Positions 37,983 through 50,921 of a stretch of DNA of 64,000 nt are shown here, in pieces. The translations under genes and the position numbers were made by a program. The stretch spans positions 5,005,104 to 5,069,103 of the forward strand of contig NC_068989.1 of assembly GCF_001194135.2 (NCBI RefSeq), in the 5' to 3' direction. Within the stretch, counting starts at the first letter, position 1, and each line of letters begins with the position of its first letter. Source of the DNA: Octopus bimaculoides (lineage: Eukaryota). The notes below the pieces were generated by a model. That model was not told the DNA's origin and did not search any database. It was given only the letters and a program-made list of their open reading frames with translations.

Positions 37983-38384
37983 GAATAATTCTGTTTGTTT
38001 TTTATGCTGATAAAGAGACATATTTTATGTAAACTCCTTTGTTTTTACAATAGAGACTATTGAAGAAAATTTGAGCAGGAGAGTAACACTCTGTGTTGCA
38101 TATAAAATTATATTTTTATCTAATTTAGAAGTTTCAGGGTTAAAACATTTAATGGGGGCAGTAGAAACTTTGATTAAATAGTTTCCAAATGATGTTTATA
38201 TTAATTTATCTTACAGGTGAACTAAGGCAGTGCCATACTTGTCAAGCAGAATTATCCAATAAAAGAATAAATTTATCACAAACATGTCTCTAATATGAAA
38301 TCATCTTCTTAGACAAAATTCATCAAGTTTTCTCCAAATCTGGAAGAGCTGTGTTATGAGTATACTTATCTGATCTTTTATCTT

Positions 38385-38745
38385 ATACTTGTTTTAGTTT
38401 TTGGACTGTGGCCATGCTGGAGTACTGCATTGAAGAGTTTAATCAAACAAATTCATCTCAGCACTCAGTTTTAAACCTGGTAGTTATTCTATTGGTCTCT
38501 CTTTTGATGATCTACTAATTTATGAGGATGTAAACAAACCAACACTGGTTGTCAAGTGGTGGTGGTGGTGGTGGTGGGGCACAAGCACACACGTGATGGG
38601 ATTCTTTCAGTTTCCATCTACCAAATCCACTCAAAGCGTTGATTGGCTTAGGGCTGTAGTAGAAGATACTCATGGTCCTGTGCAGTGGGATTGAACCCAG
38701 ACCCATATGGTTGGGAAGCAAACTTTTTATCGCATGGCCACAGTA
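38385..38745 (-). mobile_element. SINE family A
   Basis: Reverse complement of the family A blocks. Confidence 0.8.
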
Positions 38746-38949
38746 AATATTTTTCAGGTGAAATGTCATTTTCATGACTAAAGAATGAAAATATGAATTG
38801 ACAGCAAAGTTGTCTTGAAAAGAGCAGGTCTATACTTAGCATCAGGTGTTGAGAATGTGATAAGCTTTATAACAAAACACTTGAAGAGGCCACTTAGAAC
38901 AAGTTTAAATGTATTATTTGATTATGTAAAAGCATGTTTTTGTGTTTGT

Positions 38950-39290
38950 GAGACCGTCTAGTGGAACCTATAAAATAGGGGGCTAAGGACCTCACAGGTT
39001 TATTGCATTGTGTCCTTCAATTAACCTGTTCAAAATGCTCCCATTCGTTTTTAGTACAATGCTAAACCCTACCAACAACACTTCCACAAACCTTTCGACA
39101 CATTTCCACGTTAATTGCAGAAAATTTATCAGAAATTGCTTGTTTTAATTCATTAATTGTTTTTGGTTTGAGGGAGCAAACACGATCTTTCAATACAGCC
39201 ACAAGAAAAAGTCAGGTGGTTTTAGGCCTGATGATTGTGATGACCACTGAAATTGCTTCACGTTGTCCTACCCACCTCAAAATTAAGATT
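38950..39290 (-). mobile_element. Tc1/mariner (DD37D-like) transposase C-terminal relic
   Basis: Frameshifted translation WSSQSSGLKPPDFFLW / LKDRVCSLKPKTINELKQAI..EMCRKVC resembles WP.RSPDL.P.DFFLWG.LK. Confidence 0.7.
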
Positions 39291-40079
39291 TAACCATTCC
39301 CAAACTCAAGACCATGTGGTTGCAAAGCAACCTATTTAAGCATACAGTCATGACTGCCATTGACACCCCTAGGGGATTAAAAGAATGAACTAGCCGAACA
39401 CTTATAAAGAGTAGTAGTTGGAGAGAATGTTTTGGTAGTCTCATAAAACACATCATGTGAACACATTGATTAAGCCTCTGTTGCATAAATTATATATCCA
39501 ACATCTAACAAGGATATAAAAATATGTATGAATATATTATATTGCCACTATCTATAAGACTATATTTAAGATGGTTGAATGTGATATAGCAAAATTTAAC
39601 TGCTGTATCTGAAAGGTTGAATACTCATACTGCAGCCTTTCCTGATTGGCTTTGCTGTTGTGTGTTCCCAGACAGTATGGTCAGAAGTGTTCCACATGTG
39701 AAAATCCTGTTGTTTGTAAATCAGGGACTACGTGGTTACAAAATGGCATTTAATATGATAGGATGTGATTTGGAGAGTTTTGCTTGCTATTTTCAGTATG
39801 TTGACTGACCATGTATTAGCTTCCAAGTGAACAGAAACTGTCTATCAGAAACAGCTTTCCTCTCTCTCTCTCCCTTACATTTTGTATTTCATATCCTCAG
39901 AGAAAGTGATTGTCTGTAGGAATGGTGTAACTTTACTTATTTATGAAGGGAGCGTGACAGAATGAGAGTTTTTTCAACACCCCCCCACATATGCATACAC
40001 ATATATCCTCCATCATATTACAAAATATCCTCCATCTTACTTACATGGAATGAAAGCTTCTTATGATAATATTTGTGTA

Positions 40080-40340
40080 TGTTGTGTTCTTAAGCAAGAC
40101 ACTTTATTTCATGTTGCTTCAGTTCACTCAGCTGTAGAAATGAGTTGCGACGTCATTGGTGCCAAGCTGTATCAGCCTTTGCCTTTTCCTTGGATAACAT
40201 CTGTGGTGTGAAGAGGGGAGACTGGTGTACATGGGCAACTGCTGGTCTTTCATAAATAACCTTGCCCAGACTTGTGCCTCGGAGGGTAACTTTCTAGGTG
40301 CAATCCCATGGTCATTCATAACTGAATGGGGCCTTTATTC
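40080..40340 (+). mobile_element. SINE family F
   Basis: Homologous to 35260-35480. Confidence 0.75.
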
Positions 40341-41179
40341 CTTTCTATATAATTCATACTAATCGAATTGTTTCTGTAACATACTCCATTGAATTGTTCT
40401 TATCCCTATCTTTTCTCTCAGCACTTCTGTACCTCATCATTCACACATGCTAACACTGCACATCCAGCATGCTTACTCTCTACCTTTACTCAGGCCATAT
40501 TTCCATATATTTATAGAATTGTCTTATGGAAGGAACAAAAAAGCTTGAAATGTTGCTTTATCTGGGAATAGATTCATGTTCAGGAAGTTATTATTTAAAC
40601 TAGATGTATCAGTTAGCGCTTTTATAAAGCTTTGTCTTGATTTCATCAGACAGTCTATCCTTCATCATCTACCTTATACTCAAAGAGAGAATCCACTTGA
40701 TGTCAGAAGAGGTAATAAATGCCTCCCCCCCCCATGTTATTCTTATTCTGGCTGCTAAGCTTTCATAGCCCCCTTCTCCACTGTTGATTAAGTTGCCTTG
40801 GCAACAGATGCAATCAGCAACTTCTATAGAGCCTTTGGAGTGTTAGAAAGAACACACATTATTGGTGCTTCAATTGCTAGCTACTCTTTGGCATCTGGTA
40901 CTGTAAAACTAATTTGTGTATACTAGGTTTATATTCAGTTGGGTAACTATTAGTAATTTGGTTTTCTTTAATTAGCAGACTCAGATAATGCTTAAGAGGT
41001 TGTTATATAGTATTCTCATTGTTAATATATCTGTGCGTATATATTCGGCACACCCATTTGTGTTTATTTATATAAATGTTGCAGATCTCATGTGCCCATT
41101 ATGTTTACTGGTATTTATATAAATATGGTATATGTGTGTGTGTGTTTAGATAAATGCGGTATAAGTAAATGTATATATC

Positions 41180-41682
41180 GGGCGTAGTTGTGTGGTAAGA
41201 AGCTCACTTCCCAATCACATGGTTCTGGGTTCAGTCCCAATGCGTGGCACCTTAGGCATGTTTCTTCTACTATAGCCACAAGCCGACCAAAGCCATGTGA
41301 GCGGATTTGGTAGAGGGAGACTGAAAGAAGCTCGTCGTATATATATAAATATATGTATGTATATGTCTGTGTTTGCCTGACCTCAGTCAAACTGTCCAAC
41401 CCATGCCAACATGGAAAACGGATGTCAAATGATGATGATGTATGTATGTGCATCTCTGTTTATCTCCCACCACTGCTTGACAACTGATGGTGGTGTGTTT
41501 ATGTTTCTGTACACTGTACACTGTATATCTCTGTAACTTAGTGGTTCATCCAAAGAGACCAATAAAATAAGTATTAGTCTTGAAAAAAATAAGTCCTGGG
41601 GTTGATTTGTTCAAGTAAAACTCTCCAAGGTGGTGCCCCAGCATGGCCGCACTAAAGTGTCAAACAAGTGAAAGATAAAAGA
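41180..41682 (+). mobile_element. SINE family A with a nested RTE tail
   Basis: Full head to tail. The insert gtcaaactgtccaacccatgccaacatggaaaacggatgtcaaatgatgatg lies at about 41380-41440. Confidence 0.85.
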
Positions 41683-41719
41683 TGTGTGTGTATGTGTTTA
41701 TGAATGGATGAATATGTAT

Positions 41720-42000
41720 TTTTTACTTGTTTCAGTCATTTGACTGCGGCCATGCTGGAGCACCGCCTTTAGTCGAAGAAATCAACTGCAGGACTTATTC
41801 TTCGTAAGCCTAGTGCTTACTCTATCAGTCTCTTTTGTCAAACTGCTAACATCAGCGGGGGGGGGGGCAAACAGAGACACACAACAAACATAAACATGTA
41901 CATACATACATTTATACATACATATATTACGGGCTTCTTTCAGTGTCCATCTACCAAAACACTTGCCCAAGGTGCCACACAGTGAGATTGAACTCAGAAG
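41720..42000 (-). mobile_element. SINE family A, internally deleted, tail-to-tail with the previous copy
   Basis: Begins ttttacttgtttcagtcatttgactgcggccatgctggagcaccgcc. Confidence 0.85.
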
Positions 42001-42524
42001 CAAGCCTCTTACAATGGTGCACCAGCATGGCCTCAGCTTCTGGCTGAAACCCATAAAAGTTAAAAGATATATTGATCAATTAGAATAAATAAGATTAAAC
42101 TTTGGATGGCCTGTATTGATCTCAAATGGAATGCTGTGGACCATACATCTGTTCAACCAAGATGTATATGGCCAAGTTGAATTGCTCAACAAAATGCTTG
42201 CAGTATAGTTATAGTTATAGCTGTTATATCTGAGTTCAAATCCTAGTGAAGACGAATTTGCTTTCATCTTTCCAGCACGGACAAACTGAAATATCAGTGA
42301 AGTCATGACGCAAATTTAATATTCTTAAACACCATCTGACATATGAATGGAAGCATAAAGTTAAGGCAAATGGTTACATATTGCACAAGCAAACACTACT
42401 TGTGTAACATAATCATGTGTCTTGTGGCATGTTCTAGAAATTCAGATGTAATTTAATATAATTGCGTAATTAGAAGAATTCATGAAAAACTAGTCAATTC
42501 GGTAAAAGTAGTTATGAAGAGAGA

Positions 42525-42786
42525 AGAATATATATATACATATATATGTATGTGTGTATGTATATCTATATGTATGTATATGTGTATATGTATGTATGTA
42601 TATGTGTGTATGTATATATATGTATGTATATGTGTGTATGTATATATATATGTATGTATGTGTGTATATATATATGTGTGTGTGTGTGTATGTGTATGCA
42701 TATATATGTATGTATATGTGTGTATGTATAAATATATATACACACATACACATATAGGCACACATATATACATATACAGTTGTGTG

Positions 42787-42844
<58 letters not shown>

Positions 42845-43373
42845 ATTATGTGTANNNNNNNNNNNNNNNNNNNNNNNNNNNNNNNNNNNNNNNNNNNNNN
42901 NNNNNNNNNNNNNNNNNNNNNNNNNNNNNNNNNNNNNNNNNNNNNNNNNNNNNNNNNNNNNNNNNNNNNNNNNNNNNNNNNNNNNNNNNNNNNNNNNNNN
43001 NNNNNNNNNNNNNNNNNNNNNNNNNNNNNNNNNNNNNNNNNNNNNNNNNNNNNNNNNNNNNNNNNNNNNNNNNNNNNNNNNNNNNNNNNNNNNNNNNNNN
43101 NNNNNNNNNNNNNNNNNNNNNNNNNNNNNNNNNNNNNNNNNNNNNNNNNNNNNNNNNNNNNNNNNNNNNNNNNNNNNNNNNNNNNNNNNNNNNNNNNNNN
43201 NNNNNNNNNNNNNNNNNNNNNNNNNNNNNNNNNNNNNNNNNNNNNNNNNNNNNNNNNNNNNNNNNNNNNNNNNNNNNNNNNNNNNNNNNNNNNNNNNNNN
43301 NNNNNNNNNNNNNNNNNNNNNNNNNNNNNNNNNNNNNNNNNNNNNNNNNNNNNNNNNNNNNNNNNNNNNNNNN

Positions 43374-43415
<42 letters not shown>
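42525..43415. repeat. Long compound (TA)/(TG)/(CA) microsatellite surrounding assembly gap 42855-43373
   Basis: Direct reading. Similar microsatellite-flanked gaps lie at 12862-13026, 16475-16685, 32549-32943 and 53166-53889. Confidence 0.95.
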
Positions 43416-43418
<3 letters not shown>

Positions 43419-43805
43419 TTTTTATTCTCCTATTTGTTTCAGTCATTTGACTGGGGCCATACTGGAGCACTGCCTTTAGTCATACAAATTGACCCCAGGA
43501 CTTATTCTTTGTAAGCTTAGTACTTACTCTATCGGTCTCTTTTGCCGAACCACTAAGTTACGGGGACGTAAACACACCAACATTGATTGTCAAGTGATGG
43601 TGAGAGGACAAACACAGACACACAAATATATACATGCATACATATATATATATATATATATATATGACAGGTTTCTTTCAGTTTCTGTCTACCAAATCCA
43701 CTCACAAGGCTTTGGTCAGCCTGAGGTTATAGTAGAAGACACTCGCCCAAGGTGCCACGCATTGGGGCTGAATCCGAAACCATGTGGTTGGGAAGCACAC
43801 AGCCA
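43415..43805 (-). mobile_element. SINE family A
   Basis: Reverse complement of the family A blocks. Confidence 0.85.
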
Positions 43806-44559
43806 CTCCATATATAGATACATATACATACACACAAACATTCATACACACACACATATACATTCATATATATATATAATACATATATGTACATATATAT
43901 ACACATAAACATATTCATACAGACATATTTGGGTGTGTATATATGTGTATACACACACACACATACACACGTGTGTATTTGAATATGTGTGTATGTGTAT
44001 ATATATTTTTCTTTCCCAAATTTGTGTAAATGTGTATAGAAAAATATATCAGTTGAATAAGGTTACAACATGGTCTGGTTTTTAGTTATTGTATTTAAAA
44101 AACAATTTTTTTACAATGTTCAAGTGTGTTACACATTAAAAAAATATTTTGTAATGTCCATAAACTTCAATTAGCTCTTTCATATGTTTGTATTAATCCT
44201 CAAATTTCAAAATGTACCTAACTGGCAGTTAAGTTGAATGCTTGACAACCAAAATAACTGACTCCTTCCTTTTTATACCTTTTAGAAAGCTCCTACAAGC
44301 TGAATTTTTTTAATACAGTTTTGACCAATCAGCATGCAGCTTAAATGTCATGGTTTGCTGGGCACACCAATATTACTGGCATAGGACCTGCCTTTATTTT
44401 AACCAATTAGCTTGTGGTTTACATGTAATGGTTTTATGAGTGAGCAAACTTAGTTGATTTCAATCGTTTTTATTTCCATTAGTGGGAGTCTTCTGTAATT
44501 TGTTTATATTCATATGCTAAAGGTATTTTTTTAATCCACATCATTAACTGGTTGTTATA

Positions 44560-45450
44560 TTATTGTTGTTATTTCTGTTCAGAACAGGTCTGAACATTTT
44601 AATGAAACATTTTTCTTTTATCTTCCTTTCAATCTCGCTTGTGTCATGTAGTTTGTGGAAAGTAAAAATCAGAAACGTTTTCTGACCACATGTTTCTTAT
44701 TTCTTTATTGCCCACAAGGGGTTAAACATAGAGGGGACAAACAAGGACAGACAAAGGGATTAAGTCGATTACATCAACCCCAATACATAACTGGTACTTA
44801 ATTTATCGACCCCGAAAGGATGAAAGGCAAAGTCGACCTCGGCGGAATTTGAACTCAGATCGTAATGGCAGATGAAATACCACCAGGCATTTCGTCCAGC
44901 GTGCTAACGTTTCTGCCAGCTCGCCGCCTTGTTTCTGACCACATGTTTCTATGTTTGCTCAGTGGAATTTGATGAACATTAGTGTTCCAGATTTGTTGTC
45001 TGTGAACTCGTGAGTGTTCCGATAATGCATTCCCTGTCTTGCCAATGTTCCTTGCAATTAGGGCATTTAATGCAGTAGGTCAAATTTCTGCTTTTGCAGT
45101 TCATATTTGCATTTGTGAAAATCTATCCGTTTTTTTTGTTCTAATGGATCTACCAGTGTGCATGTATTGATTGACATATTCCACATCTGTTATCATTGTG
45201 CTTGGATACTGTGAATGTTTCATCCTCTTTTTCATGTTGAATTTTGCCATTATCATTACACATGAACAAACAGGATAAAACATTCACAGTACTCAAATCG
45301 GTGGATTGATTGTTCAACAACTACCTTATCCAAATTGGCTTTCTCATTTGACAACATGATCTGGAGTGATTTGAGGGAAATTTGATACGTTTTCTAGCAA
45401 GTTGAATTACCACATAGAGTAGTGTGGTGAAGGGGAAGTTATTTTTTTAG
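44560..45450 (-). mobile_element. Degraded PLE GIY-YIG endonuclease region, interrupted by a SINE
   Basis: Minus strand gives QYMHTGRSIRTK, NALSEH and, beyond the SINE, ERKIKEKCFIKMFRPVLNR. Confidence 0.55.
44698..44931 (-). mobile_element. Full-length tRNA-derived SINE (family B) with 19-bp TSD
   Basis: Head GGCGGCGAGCTGGCAGAAACG..GAGTTCAAATTCC. Central block GCCTTTCATCCTTTCGGGGTCGATAAATTAAGTACCAG. TSD tttctgaccacatgtttct at 44679-44697 and 44932-44950. Confidence 0.9.
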
Positions 45451-45892
45451 ATACTGGGTTGAATTGCAAGCACATATGAATTTGTTGAGGTGCATCTGTA
45501 CTGAGAAAAATAATGAATCGTTAAATTTACTAATTCAAATGTGTGCAGCTGCTATTAAATTACTCTTTGGGTCTTAACACTTAAACCCTTTCTTTTCTTT
45601 TTTTCTTTCATATGGACTTCTAGAAATTTTGCCATTGAACACTTTCAAATGTGAAAGCAACTGAAAGGTTCCCGATTTATGACATAGAAGCTTTATCCTG
45701 TGTTGAAGATCGTTTAGTAAATTTCTATGGAGCCTGCAAAGGAATGTAGCCATCTAAATGCTTCTAAGTACAGATAACTGTGTCAGATAAGGCTGAGAGA
45801 CTGTCGGCAGTTTGCATTGTATCCTGTTATAAGAAATGTGTTGACAACAAACAGCAGAGACCGTTGACAGTTAATACTGTAATACCATTCAT

Positions 45893-46100
45893 CATCATCA
45901 TTAATGCCCTCATTTAATGTCCATGTTCTATGCTGGCATGGGTTGGACAGTTTGACAGGCTCCAATTGTTCTCAGGACTGCATCATGTTCCAGTGTCTGC
46001 TTTGGCATGACTTCTACAGCTGGATGCCCTCCTAACACCTACCACTTTGCAGTGTGTGCTGAGTGCTTTTTTTCCATGCCACTGGCATTAGTAAGGTCGC
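45893..46100 (-). mobile_element. RTE 3' copy
   Basis: (CAT)n followed by ttaatgtccatgttctatgctggcatgggttggacag. Confidence 0.75.
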
Positions 46101-46519
46101 CATCCACCTGGCAAGACTAGGAAACTTGAGGTAGGGATAGAGCTTTATGCAAAGAGATGAGGTGGGGGTTGAAGTATGAAAGACAGGAAAGTGGGTGAGC
46201 AGGTTCTTCTTGTTCAGGAACTGTAGTCACTCATGTTTAGAAGAAAGGGTTAGAATGACTAGAAAGAGCTGCAAGTCCAGGTGGCCCTTGAAGGTACACT
46301 GCGAGCAGAAGTAAGTAGGAACAGAGGAATTAGGGGTGTGGATGGGTGGGTGGGTGTTTGCAAGCATGTATGAAGGATCAAAAGATGGGGAATAGGAGCT
46401 CGGCAGCAACATTGAAAATTGGGTAGGGTTGAAAGGTGGATGTAGGGAATGACAGACAACCAAGAATGCTTGAGCTGGGGAAGATGGTGGGGTGAGTGCA
46501 GAGGAGAAGGGGAGGCTGT

Positions 46520-46615
46520 GTGTTCATTACACTCACAACGCCCGGTCTGGGAATCGAAACCGCGATCTTATGACCGCGAGTCCGCTGCCCTAACCACTGG
46601 GCCATTGCGCCTCCA
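46520..46615 (-). mobile_element. SINE family D, tRNA-derived head only
   Basis: A-box TGGCCCAGTGG and B-box GGTTTCGATTCC; nearly identical to 57490-57570. Confidence 0.85.
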
Positions 46616-47149
46616 CTCTGTTGAATGTAATGCTTTATTTATTCACATTGTTTTCTAATTAATCGTGCGTTATCTTGTAGCTTTGAGGTTTCAATGATGT
46701 GACTGTTTATTTTTAGAATGACATTGTAGGGTTGGTGTGATAGGTCAAATCTGGCTGGTTTGAGCACAAAGCAAGTAGAATATTTGTGCTGGATGTGGCT
46801 GATTTAAATGCTAAGGGGTTAAGTTTAACCCTTTAACGTTCAGATTGCTCTGATGAATGTAATGTTTATTTATTTGTTGTTTTGAATTTATCCTGTATTA
46901 TCTCGTAGCCATGAAATTTCAATATTTAGTTATAATAAAAACAATTTTACATTAACCCGAGGGGTTACTCTATACTTTTGTTGAGTACAAATTCATTCTT
47001 AAGCAAGATTATTGTCGACAGTGACTTTGAAGTTTTGGCCAGTTAAGCCATCATTGGACTGCCAATGGTGGATAGCTTAACTGATCAAAACTTTGAAGAC
47101 ACTACTGACAATATTCTTGTTTAAGAATAAGTAAGTAAATGTATGCTCT

Positions 47150-47555
47150 TTTACTCTTTTACTTGTTTTAGTCATTTGACTGTGGTCATGCTGGAGCACC
47201 GCCTTTAGTCAAGAAAATCGACCTCAGGACTTATTCTTTGGAAGCCTAGTACTTATTCTCAGTCTCTTTTTGCTGAACCTCTAAGTTATGGGGACATAAA
47301 CACACCAGCATCGGTTGTCAAGCGATGGTGGGGGGACAAACACAGACATACAAACACACATACATACATCTATATATATNNNNNNNNNNACGATGGACTT
47401 CTTTCAGTTTCCGTCTACCAAATCCACTCACAAGCCTTTGGTCGGCCTGAGGCTATAGTAGAAGACACTTGCCCAAGATGCCACGCAGTGGGACTGAACC
47501 CGGAACCATGTGGTTGGTAAGCAAGCTACTTACCACACAGCCACTCCTGCGCCTA
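47150..47555 (-). mobile_element. SINE family A, full length
   Basis: Complete head-to-tail copy. A small N-gap falls inside its internal microsatellite. Confidence 0.9.
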
Positions 47556-47885
47556 TATGTGTATAAATATGTATACACACACTTAAACACATACATAAAA
47601 TGTGTATAAAAAATATGTGTTTGTGTCCCACCATTGCTTGACAAGTGTTGGTTTGTTTATATCTTTGTAACTTAGCAGTTCTGTTAAAACAGGCTGACAG
47701 AATAAGTACCAAACTTTAAAACAGTAAGTACCGGAGTAAATTTGTTGAACCAACTCTTCTAGGCTGTGCTCCAGCATGACCAAAATCCAATGACCGGAAC
47801 AAATAAAACGAAATACACATGCACCAGTGCTGTGTGTTAAAAGCACTCTAACATTAAAAAGTCAAAATCTTACAGAACACCTGCA

Positions 47886-47943
47886 CACCATATGCTGCAC
47901 CATATGCTGCACCATATGCTGCACCATATGCTGCGCCATATGC
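47886..47943 (+). repeat. 12-bp tandem repeat (CACCATATGCTG) x about 5
   Basis: Direct reading. Confidence 0.9.
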
Positions 47944-48205
47944 ATACTATATGCAGCAAACAAGTGTTCCATTACACAGTGGTTTAAAGCATCTGTTGTA
48001 GATATATCAGTTAATGATAGAGCTTGTAGGTGGTCTCTTTACCAACTAGAAATAGCAGCTAAGTCTCTATCATGCCGGAAAATTTTAATAAGTGAAGGGC
48101 ACATTGCTGCACCCCACGTAGCCCAAAATATACAGAAGACAAGATAGCCATGGTTGGAATGCCTTTGACTATATATCTGCTTGATCAGGACCAGCTCTGG
48201 GTTAA

Positions 48206-48418
48206 CCCTTTAGCATTTAAACCTGCCATATCAGACCTAAATATTCTCCCTGTTTTCTGTTCAAAACAGCCAGATGCAAACTCTCACATCTATTCTACAA
48301 GGTCCTTCTAAAAATAAGCAATAACATCATGAAAATGTCGAAGATGATGCATGATTAATTCAAAACAATGTGAATAAATAAGCATTACATTTGGCAGAAT
48401 AACATGAATGCTAAAGGG
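48206..48418. mobile_element. piggyBac-like MITE
   Basis: TTAA-CCCTTTAGCATT...AATGCTAAAGGG-TTAA. Partial copies occur at about 34070-34270 and 46615-46925. Confidence 0.8.
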
Positions 48419-49335
48419 TTAAACACTACAATAACAACGAAAACTCTAAATTAAGGATTCTCGACCATCTTTTGCCTATGGACCCCTTTGATTCTTAATT
48501 TATTTGGATAAACTCTCATAGCCATTTGATGTTTAAAAAATCCTATCATATTTTTATAATTAAATATTATTAAGAATTGTATAAAAAAATTGTTAAAATA
48601 TTTTGTATATTGTAGAAATCTAACCTATTTCTTTCATAAATTTTTACAACAAAAACCTTATATGGGGCCCTAAAGGGCCATATGGACCCCAGTTGAGAAC
48701 CACTGTGCTAAGTAAAGCCAGTCATTTATAACACCCTTGTTTAAATAATTGTTATAGTTTCCATTATTACATGTACATATAGACGGTGAGGTGGCAGAGT
48801 CGTTAGCACGCCAGGTGAAAAACTTAGCGGTATTTCATTTGCCACTATGTTCTGAGTTCAAATTCTGCCAATCTCATTCTGCATAATCTCATTGATACGA
48901 AATTTCAGTGATGTGATTTGTTTATTTTTAGAGTGACATTGTTGGGTACTGCTTGCTCCCCTGTGTGTGTGTGTTGTGAGTGTTCTCGCACAAACAGATT
49001 CCTCTCTGTTAAAACAATCTCTCCAGCTGTAAAAACAGTTTCTCTGCTGAAACCTATCCTACTTAAGCTAGGTTGGATTAATTAGTGTCATAAAAAAGAA
49101 AAAATGAAATAGATAGATTATATGAGCTTACAGGAACTGTCATGGTTCTATGCTTAAAAAAAAGCTCATTTTGCAATCATGTGGTTCTATATTTGATCCC
49201 ATCACTAGGCACTTTTAACCTGCAGTCAACCAAAGACTTGGGGGTGAAATTCGTTAAGAAGTTGTGCAAGATCTTATCAGGTATGTGTGTGTGTGTGTGT
49301 ATCCGTCCGTCCGTCCGTCCGTCCTTCTATCTATC

Positions 49336-49378
<43 letters not shown>

Positions 49379-50367
49379 TTTTGTGTATTTGTTTGTTGAT
49401 TGGTATATAGCAGTTGCAGTGCAGAAGACATTAACCTTTGAAAGACACACAAAAACTGCTAATTTCATTTAAATATTTGATTATATGCTCTCAAAATTTT
49501 CATTGCACTGGGTGCTACCCGTTCTCTGGTACAGAGTGTTTTGGACTGGCTCAAATGTTATTTTCCATGCTGTAGGTGTTTTAGTTTCAACGAATGGTTT
49601 CAAATAAAATCACTTACCAAACTAGTACACTTCCAAAATATACCACCCTCATACCACCATCATCATTGATCTGGAGCTATAGCAGAAGACACTTACTCAA
49701 GTTACCACACAGTGGGACTTGAACCTAGAGCCATATGGTTGAGAAGCAAACTTCTTACCACTCATCCACTTTGTCTACCTAATAAACTTGCAATGACTTG
49801 CCTCAAACTTGTCATTTGATGTTAGAACAATCTCAGTTGGTTAGGTGTTGCTATTATGAAGAGAACTAGGTCAAGTATCTAAGAGCTTTACACTTACCTT
49901 ATTCTTAGAAAATAAGTTACATCAGTGTTTATTAGTGTCAAGAAATTATGTTTCTCTGAGTTAAAAGAAAAAAAAATTAACCCTTTATTACTGCACCTGC
50001 TTTGCCTAAATGCAAGGATTAAATACAAAGTTTTTCAGGAAACAGTTGTGATAAACGTGCTGTCTCTAGGAAGATTTCTCTCTCATTTACTTCAAAATTC
50101 TATTCATGAAGTCAGAAGCTTAACTTGAGCAATCAGAAACCTTTTGAAAGCATTTCATATATTTACTAGTTTAGTAATTGGTTGGTTCAGCTGATTCATC
50201 TGTTCCTTTCTGTATTTTTTATGCTTTAAGTTAATGAAACACTTCCAACAAACCTTTTTTTTAAACTCTATTTTTTTAACCCTATTATATGTAACTCAAA
50301 TAAATCAAGCAAATAGTGTGAACAACAAGCAGGTGTATTAGTTTGACGCTCAGGAAAACGAAAAAGT

Positions 50368-50403
50368 CTTTTACGTTTCGAGCCTATGCTCTTCAACAGA
50401 AAG
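50368..50403 (-). ncRNA. Minimal hammerhead-like motif with variant core CUGUUGA
   Basis: Minus strand reads CTTT-CTGTTGA-A-GAGC-atag-GCTC-GAAA-CGT-A-AAAG. Flanks are homologous to 34650-34800. Confidence 0.6.
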
Positions 50404-50659
50404 GAATGAGAGAAAATAAACAGAGAGAGAATTAAAAAAACTTGTAGATTTAGCAGTCAAGCATGGCAAAAAGTTGGAAAGAAGAGGTTGAAAGAAAGGG
50501 AGATAATAAAGTGCTGGCGATCCCAAATGAAGGTGCGCATGTGTGTAGGTATGTGAGAATGGTGTGTGTGATTGTGTAAGTGTGTGTGCTTGAATAGGGG
50601 CTAGTGACTCTGATGTGTGTGCACATGTGTAAATATGTGCATCTGTAACAAGATACATA

Positions 50660-50886
50660 CACACAATGGGCTTCTTTCAGTTTCTGTCTACCAGATCCAC
50701 TCGGAAGGCTTTGATCAGTCCAAGGCTGGAGCACCACCTTTAGTTGAACAAATTGACCCCCAAGACTTGTCCTTTGTAAGCCTAGTACTTATTGTATCGG
50801 TCTCTTTTGCCGAACCGCTAAGTTACAGGGACATAAACACACCAGCATTGGTTGTCAAGCGATGGTGGGGGGGGGGGGGGGGACGA

Positions 50887-50921
<35 letters not shown>

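Noticed and set aside
39215-39260. CTGATGA..GAAA string
   Set aside because: No valid stems; it is the antisense of a mariner transposase relic.
44380-44520. Possible hammerhead downstream of the 44.6-45.4 kb PLE relic
   Set aside because: Only a degenerate CAGAAGA...GAAAT on the minus strand, without consistent stems.
46520-46615. tRNA-like sequence with good A and B boxes
   Set aside because: The anticodon and acceptor arms do not pair, and it is the head of SINE family D (also at 57490-57570). It is not a tRNA gene.
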